Shown: one piece after another, positions 60,576 to 64,000 of the stretch
How the letters are laid out: every line of letters starts with the position of its first letter
Numbering within the stretch: the first letter of the stretch is position 1
Assembly: GCA_910579735.1 (NCBI GenBank)
Contig: CAJTUZ010000013.1
Location: forward strand, 39,130-103,129
Origin: an uncultured Lachnospiraceae bacterium
GTDB taxonomy: Bacteria; Bacillota; Clostridia; Lachnospirales; Lachnospiraceae
DNA: 64,000 nucleotides
Reading direction: 5' to 3'
Notes under the pieces: generated by a model
What the model saw: the letters and a program-made list of their open reading frames with translations, nothing else
Databases searched by the model: none
What the model was told of the DNA's origin: nothing
Made by a program: the position numbers and the translations under genes

Positions 60576-61457
60576 CTATTGAAATAATAAGGTTTTATTT
60601 TTTGTATCTAAAACCGCCCCTCTTCCAATAGGAAAAATTGCATGATTGGATCCATGACCAAAATCATCACAATAAGCCACCGGAATATTATATTTTTTCC
60701 CAAACCGTTCCAGTACTTCAAACAACAGCGGCGAAATATCATCTGAATAATGTCCAAACAGCAAACCTGTTACCTGTTCCATTAACCGGCTTTGTCCAAT
60801 ACAAGTTAAGAACATACTGACACCTTGAACGGATTGAAATTGATCCAATTCTTCAATAAACAATATATAATTCCTGTCTGTTTGATAGGGAAAAAATCTA
60901 TTTCCTAAAGCCAAAACAAAATTAAGCAAATACCCGCCAACAAGAATTCCTTCACAACATCCCTCTGTTATAGTATACCAATCACTATTGCTGATATAAT
61001 CGATTACAGTTCCATCAACTAAATGCGAAACAAATTGTTTTTTGTCATATTCGCTGATATTATCAAATAATCCCGGAGTCTGCCCATAGTACGTCGTTAT
61101 GCCGGTTTGCGCATATATCGCATTAAGTATCGATGTTCCATCACTATAACTCAAGAAAAACTTCGGAGTTTCTTTTATTCTATTATAATCTATATACGGA
61201 AGCAGATCCACGCTTCCATAACCCCCGCCAAAGAATACCAGCTTTACGTTTTCGTCATATATCATCCCGTTCAAATCATCAACACGCTCTGCTGCACTTG
61301 CAGTAAATTTATAAGTGTCTTTATAAATATTCTTGCCGAATTTGACTTGAAATCCTAATCTTTCAATGCCTTCCGCATACTTTTCATAATCATTTTGATT
61401 TGCCACCCAACTTGGTGATATAATTCCAATGGTATCGCCATGTTTTAACAAATTCAT
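60576..61457 (-). CDS. Peptidase S66 (LD-carboxypeptidase/MccF-like)
   Basis: GDTIGIISPS, GGYG, SYSDGT, LFIEE, FGH catalytic triad motifs. Confidence 0.9.
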   Translation of the reverse strand: MNLLKHGDTIGIISPSWVANQNDYEKYAEGIERLGFQVKFGKNIYKDTYKFTASAAERVDDLNGMIYDENVKLVFFGGGYGSVDLLPYIDYNRIKETPKFFLSYSDGTSILNAIYAQTGITTYYGQTPGLFDNISEYDKKQFVSHLVDGTVIDYISNSDWYTITEGCCEGILVGGYLLNFVLALGNRFFPYQTDRNYILFIEELDQFQSVQGVSMFLTCIGQSRLMEQVTGLLFGHYSDDISPLLFEVLERFGKKYNIPVAYCDDFGHGSNHAIFPIGRGAVLDTKNKTLLFQ

Positions 61458-61583
61458 ATATTTTTCCCTTTCGCAATGTTTTGACTTAGACGTGTAACAT
61501 GAAAAATTTATTTGTCGATATAATCAACTTAACCTGACCGAAAAGAGGGGGTGTTTAATGAAACATGTGAAAAATGTTTCCAA

Positions 61584-62213
61584 TTATTCCAAATCCTCAA
61601 TGCGACCTGATTGAATCGCCGCAATATTTTTCTTAATCCTGTTTTCGGACCAGTTCCACCATTGAAGTTTCAATAATTTAGAAATCACATCGTCCGAAAA
61701 CCGTTTTCGTATCGGTTTTGCAGGAACACCTCCAACAACCGTATAAGGCGGTACATCTTTTGTAACAACTGCCCGTGCACCAATAATCGCTCCATCACCA
61801 ATCGTTACACCAGATAGAATAACTGCTTCAAAACCAATCCAAACATCATTGCCGATCACAATGCCGCCTTTGTTATCCCATGCGCTTGTAATCTCTTTTA
61901 CGTCCAATTCCCATTCCTCGAAAAATATTGGAAACGGATATGTTGAAAGTGAAGACATTGCATGATTTGCACTGGTAAACAGAAACTTTGCTCCACAGGC
62001 GATAGAGCAGAACTTACCAATTTGCAGCTGATCTCCATTAATCGGATAATGATATAATACATTATTCTTTTCAAATTCCCGTGGATCGTGCACAAAATCA
62101 TTGTACATTGTATAATCGCCAATTTTAATTCTGTCATTGGTAATCACTTTTTTTAAATAAATTGTTTGGGTATCTCCTGTCCGGGGATAAATTTTGTTCT
62201 CCGATATAGTCAT
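61584..62213 (-). CDS. Xenobiotic O-acetyltransferase (Vat/CatB hexapeptide family)
   Basis: [61 protein letters not shown] 62213 behind GGAGG. Confidence 0.92.
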   Translation of the reverse strand: MTISENKIYPRTGDTQTIYLKKVITNDRIKIGDYTMYNDFVHDPREFEKNNVLYHYPINGDQLQIGKFCSIACGAKFLFTSANHAMSSLSTYPFPIFFEEWELDVKEITSAWDNKGGIVIGNDVWIGFEAVILSGVTIGDGAIIGARAVVTKDVPPYTVVGGVPAKPIRKRFSDDVISKLLKLQWWNWSENRIKKNIAAIQSGRIEDLE

Positions 62214-62324
62214 TTTAAAATCCTCCATGCTCTGATAGTTATTATGCGACTATATCGGTTACTACAATGCAGCGTTTCACCTTATTACCTCCATCAGCCT
62301 AAATTTACGGTTTTGATTATACCA
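62201..62324 (-). promoter_or_regulatory. Promoter (TGgTATAAT) and attenuator hairpin of the acetyltransferase gene
   Basis: Extended -10 at 62324-62316; perfect 11-bp inverted repeat 62258-62248 / 62211-62201. Confidence 0.65.
62242..62280 (-). CDS. Putative 12-aa leader peptide [12 protein letters not shown]
   Basis: GGAGG SD 7 nt before GTG; ends 28 nt before the acetyltransferase ATG; codons 8-11 are complementary to the acetyltransferase start region. Confidence 0.65.
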   Translation of the reverse strand: MKRCIVVTDIVA

Positions 62325-62521
62325 CTTCTTCTCTCCATTACACAAGAATATAGGGTATAGCAATCGCTACACCCCACTGGTTATGTCCCGTTTCACTCCC
62401 TGTGCCGCCTTTAAAGCCAGGTTCTGCCAATGCCTTTCGTCATTTTCAACAGCTTATTTGTTAAACTTTTTTAATTTAGCACTTCTGTGTAATATAATCT
62501 TGTTCCCGTAAAATATCTTGT

Positions 62522-62787
62522 TTAAGAGTCGCGCTTTCTTACTTTTGAAGAATGTACTTCTCCAGCATTTAAACTGAAGAAAGCACCCTCACATTCTGTT
62601 TCATATGAATCGATCCCATCATTTGTCTGAACCAAAACTTTATCTGATCGTAAATATATTTTGTGCCATGCCCGTTTTCACCTATTGCATGATGAGTTTA
62701 AATTCTGTTGCTCCCCAATCGTATGCATTATGCAATGCTTCCCGAAAAAGTTTCAACGGATCTCCAAAGTCACTTGCTATTTCCAAA
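62522..62787 (-). pseudogene. Decayed GHKL (MutL/MORC-like) ATPase fragments
   Basis: EIASDFGDPLKLFREALHNAYDWGA (N-box), then IGENGHGTK and IYLRSDKV (G2 box region) in shifted frames. Confidence 0.55.
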
Positions 62788-62843
62788 ATTTCCTCCATAT
62801 CCGCTAATGCCTTATCTGTGATCTCTACCTTATACTGCTTCAT
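62788..62843 (-). pseudogene. RelE/ParE toxin 5' stub
   Basis: MKQYKVEITDKALADMEEI starts 2 nt after the relB stop; the rest is replaced by unrelated sequence. Confidence 0.7.
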
Positions 62844-62845
62844 AC

Positions 62846-63147
62846 TTAATGACTCTCCCTAAATTTCGCAAAAGCAGACACCGCATCCTGCACCCTGCCG
62901 GCATGTATATCATCATATCCCTCTTGCAATTTCCTATGAATTTCCTCATCTGTCATTAAATCTGCATTAAGACTAGAGGGAGCTTTCGGCAATGTCACTG
63001 CAAAAGGGATTCCTCCTGTTAATGAAATTTGATTGAGATACATATCTATTGCTGTAGACATCGGGATGCCTAATCGTGTAAGCACATCTTCAGCTCGTTG
63101 TTTACTATTGGATTTATTCTTAAATTTAAGGTTGCTGCTTTTTCCAT
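62846..63147 (-). pseudogene. RelB/DinJ antitoxin, frameshifted at ~63101-63103
   Basis: AAGGAG + ATG 63147 gives MEKAATLNLRINPIV; QRAEDVLTRLGIPMSTAIDMYLNQI..GGIPF follows out of frame (span 302 nt). Confidence 0.8.
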
Positions 63148-63172
63148 ATCAAATCATCTCCTTTGGTTAAAT

Positions 63173-63192
63173 TGTAACGCTTTTTCGTTACA
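63173..63192. promoter_or_regulatory. Probable RelB operator
   Basis: Perfect TGTAACG-N6-CGTTACA upstream of relB. Confidence 0.6.
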
Positions 63193-63548
63193 CATCAATG
63201 TGAATACAAAAATCCTCCGCATTTGCGGGCAATATTTATTTTACCCAAATCATAATAATATAAATAATACAAATATGGCAGGATATCTCATAGATCACCT
63301 GCCATACCTAATATTTTATTCTAAATTAGAATCACTCGAACTCGGCGTGTTCTTTATTGTTATTAACTGTATTTATTTAAATTTTGTGCAAATACACGCC
63401 CATTTTTACTTCAATTACATCATTTATTATGGCTTGCTGATTTTCTGTTGCTAAAATGTTGCCACGCATTTATTATAGCAAATCACTGTAAATTTTGTCA
63501 TCAAAAAATTACTCCATAACGCTCTATTTATAACACAGTCTCTGTAAC

Positions 63549-64000
63549 TCATACATTATCTCTTATAAATACATAATAGTCCGTATCATGACCGCCCCAT
63601 CGATAATCCCCGCTCTTCCACTCTATAATCATATAGTCCATCTCATCAACTGTCACAATTTCATATGCACAGGCGGTATGATTATAATGCTTGAGCACAT
63701 AACCTTTCGTCCAGCTCTGAATCTCTTTACCCAATATGGTTTCATCCATATAAACACTAGACAAAAATCCCTTTTCTCCAAAATGCATCTGCTTAAAAAA
63801 TAGTCTTTCCTGAGGGAGATGATTCACATCCGGAGCGAATTCCTCTCTATTGCGGATAAAGTCAAAGGCCTTCCAATCTCCCAGAACTCGCTCGTCATTC
63901 ACAAAAGGCATATCCGTGTCATCTTCTCTGGCAATCTCACGCTTGGTATACCTGTTTTTATCAACCTGTTCCAGCACTAATACGGTAGGCCTCCCGCCAC
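63549..64000 (-). CDS. 3' part of a hypothetical protein running off the window
   Basis: Frame is open to position 64000; PFVNDERVLGDWK..SWTKG..EWKSGDY. Confidence 0.7.
   Translation of the reverse strand, partial: GGRPTVLVLEQVDKNRYTKREIAREDDTDMPFVNDERVLGDWKAFDFIRNREEFAPDVNHLPQERLFFKQMHFGEKGFLSSVYMDETILGKEIQSWTKGYVLKHYNHTACAYEIVTVDEMDYMIIEWKSGDYRWGGHDTDYYVFIRDNV

Noticed and set aside
62410..62443. Second short ORF MTKGIGRTWL upstream of the acetyltransferase
   Set aside because: No SD, and it lies upstream of the predicted promoter
1..64000. CRISPR array, tRNA/rRNA, integron cassettes or IS elements
   Set aside because: I saw no regularly spaced direct repeats, cloverleaf/rRNA signatures, repeated attC-like sites, or transposase/integrase ORFs on reading

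Overview
A 64-kb chromosomal window from a low-to-moderate-GC anaerobic Firmicute. Gene content and Shine-Dalgarno (SD) patterns suggest Lachnospiraceae/Clostridia, which is an inference. Genes are densely packed and mostly on the minus strand. I found no rRNA, tRNA, CRISPR array, integrase or transposase. Ordinary accessory content includes GNATs, TetR/PadR/WYL/ECF/LytTR regulators, ferredoxin-like proteins, two MCPs, a GH43, ABC and MFS transporters, and a PerR-controlled oxidative-stress operon. Defence-type loci are scattered among these: (1) an AbiH-family gene translationally coupled to sbcD-sbcC; (2) an AlwI-family restriction-modification system with two m6A methyltransferases; (3) a tightly packed operon of small SAM methyltransferase + HNH nuclease + SauUSI-like PLD-helicase-DUF3427 + MutT Nudix, my best candidate for an undescribed system; (4) an AT-rich orphan with PIN-like motifs. 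Signals missing from the ORF track: a ~193-bp near-perfect palindrome (10937-11129); a 12-aa leader peptide with a hairpin sequestering the start of a Vat/CatB-type acetyltransferase (probable antibiotic-responsive attenuator); a WYL operator placed like a PafBC-type activator site; a 50-aa CxxC microprotein; and several decay scars (frameshifted hicA, frameshifted relB, relE fused to a GHKL-ATPase remnant, deleted blaI/blaR pair, truncated GyrI-like gene). All family assignments come from motif recognition by eye; no database search was run.
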